Positions 62,800 through 64,000 of a DNA stretch of 64,000 nt are shown one piece after another. A program made the translations under genes and the position numbers. Origin of the DNA: an uncultured Veillonella sp. (GTDB taxonomy: Bacteria > Bacillota > Negativicutes > Veillonellales > Veillonellaceae); contig CAUQZV010000004.1 in assembly GCA_963522415.1 (NCBI GenBank), positions 72 to 64,071 of the forward strand, given 5' to 3'. Under the pieces are notes generated by a model that saw only the letters and a program-made list of their open reading frames with translations, did no database searches and was not told the DNA's origin. Every line of letters begins with the position of its first letter. Positions within the stretch are counted from its first letter, which is position 1.

Positions 62800-63990
62800 G
62801 TGAGGCCTTTGAAAGGTAAACATATTGTGGTAGGCGTAACAGCAGGGATTGCAGCCTATAAAGCAGTGGATTTAGTAAGCCGTTTATATAAAGCGGGGGC
62901 AGAAGTGAAAGTAGTCATGACGAGGAATGCTACTAAATTTGTGAGTCCTCTTGTGTTTGGAGAAATTAGCAAGCATAAAGTGGCTGTAGAAATGTTTGAA
63001 AATATACAGGATTGGAATGTAGAACACATATCCTATGCAACTTGGGCAGATGCCTATGTGGTAGCACCAGCTACAGCTAATATGCTTGCGAAGATGGCAC
63101 ATGGTATTGCAGATGATATGTTATCTACACAATTGTTGGCCACAACGGCTCCAGTATTTGTATGTCCAGCTATGAATAGTAACATGTATGCCCATCCAAC
63201 TGTGCAGGAAAATTTAACTACCTTACGTGATAGAGGCGTCCATGTGTTGGAGCCAGATAGTGGACTTCTAGCATGTGGGGTAGAAGGAAAAGGTAGATTA
63301 CCGGATCCGCAAAAAATTATGGATTGGGTGGACTTTCATTTAGGAAAAACTAAATTATTAGAGGGTAGAACGGTTATTGTTAGTGCTGGTGGTACGCAAG
63401 AGGCTATCGATCCTGTTAGATATATTACGAATCGATCTAGTGGAAAAATGGGATATGCAGTGGCGTCGAAAGCGGCCCAAGCGGGCGCTAAAACAATTTT
63501 AGTGTCTGCCCCCACAGATCTTGCTGTACCGATTGGGGTAGAGCGTATCATAGTTCGGTCCGCTATGGAGATGAAAGAGGCAATCGATAGTCATTATGAC
63601 TCTGCAGATGCTGTGATTATGGCAGCAGCTGTAGCGGATTACCGTGTGGCAGAAGTAGCCGATAATAAAATAAAAAAACAAGAAACAATGAGGTTAGAAT
63701 TGGTTAAAAACCCGGATATATTATCTGGATTAGGAGAGCGTAAAAAACATCAAAAATTAATTGGTTTCGCAGCAGAAACCCAAGATGTCATTTCCTATGG
63801 AAAAGAAAAGGTGCGGAAGAAAAATTTAGATATGTTGGTAGCCAATGATGTGAGTAAGTTAAATGCAGGATTTGATGTAGATACAAATGAAGTGACCTTT
63901 ATTTATCCAGGCGAACAAATAGTTGCATTACCTAATATGTCAAAACTAGATGTAGCAGAACGTATCATTCAAGCCTTGGCAGACTTATAA
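62800..63990 (+). CDS. coaBC: Phosphopantothenoylcysteine decarboxylase/ligase
   Basis: GIAAYK, PAMN, LACG..G.GRL, DPVRYITNRSSGKMG, GFAAET. Confidence 0.97.
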   Translation: MRPLKGKHIVVGVTAGIAAYKAVDLVSRLYKAGAEVKVVMTRNATKFVSPLVFGEISKHKVAVEMFENIQDWNVEHISYATWADAYVVAPATANMLAKMAHGIADDMLSTQLLATTAPVFVCPAMNSNMYAHPTVQENLTTLRDRGVHVLEPDSGLLACGVEGKGRLPDPQKIMDWVDFHLGKTKLLEGRTVIVSAGGTQEAIDPVRYITNRSSGKMGYAVASKAAQAGAKTILVSAPTDLAVPIGVERIIVRSAMEMKEAIDSHYDSADAVIMAAAVADYRVAEVADNKIKKQETMRLELVKNPDILSGLGERKKHQKLIGFAAETQDVISYGKEKVRKKNLDMLVANDVSKLNAGFDVDTNEVTFIYPGEQIVALPNMSKLDVAERIIQALADL

Positions 63991-64000
63991 TTTTATGCTA

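Overview
Low-GC chromosomal window from a Negativicute, most likely Veillonella-like. This is inferred from Firmicute-type core genes (scpAB, gatCAB, ispH-rpsA fusion, plsY, coaBC) together with lipid A/LPS-type modifying enzymes (ArnT-like, EptA-like). Almost all genes are on the + strand. Layout: (1) 1-10 kb, an AT-rich defence island with IetAS (AAA ATPase + S8 protease), a YobI/Tmn-like membrane NTPase and a DpnII-type three-gene R-M system, preceded by a GC-rich multi-hairpin element; (2) 10-20 kb, core genes (nudF, deoB, rpmB, recG, psd, pssA, glycosyltransferases) plus an orphan antitoxin and two candidate sRNAs; (3) 20-27.7 kb, a second accessory block with an AbiE-type type IV TA pair, a candidate WYL regulon, a frameshifted HEPN gene and an ISLre2 relic; (4) oatA-like gene and a type IV/competence pilus operon; (5) 38.5-64 kb, housekeeping genes. 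The best candidate for an undescribed system is 21.8-25.9 kb. There, two genes (a Csx1/TM1812-like HEPN protein apparently lacking its CARF domain, and an unknown 306-aa protein) carry an identical 22-bp palindromic box with PafBC-like spacing to the -10 element, next to a WYL transcription factor. No cas genes or CRISPR array are present in the window. All family calls come from motif recognition by eye, not database searches.
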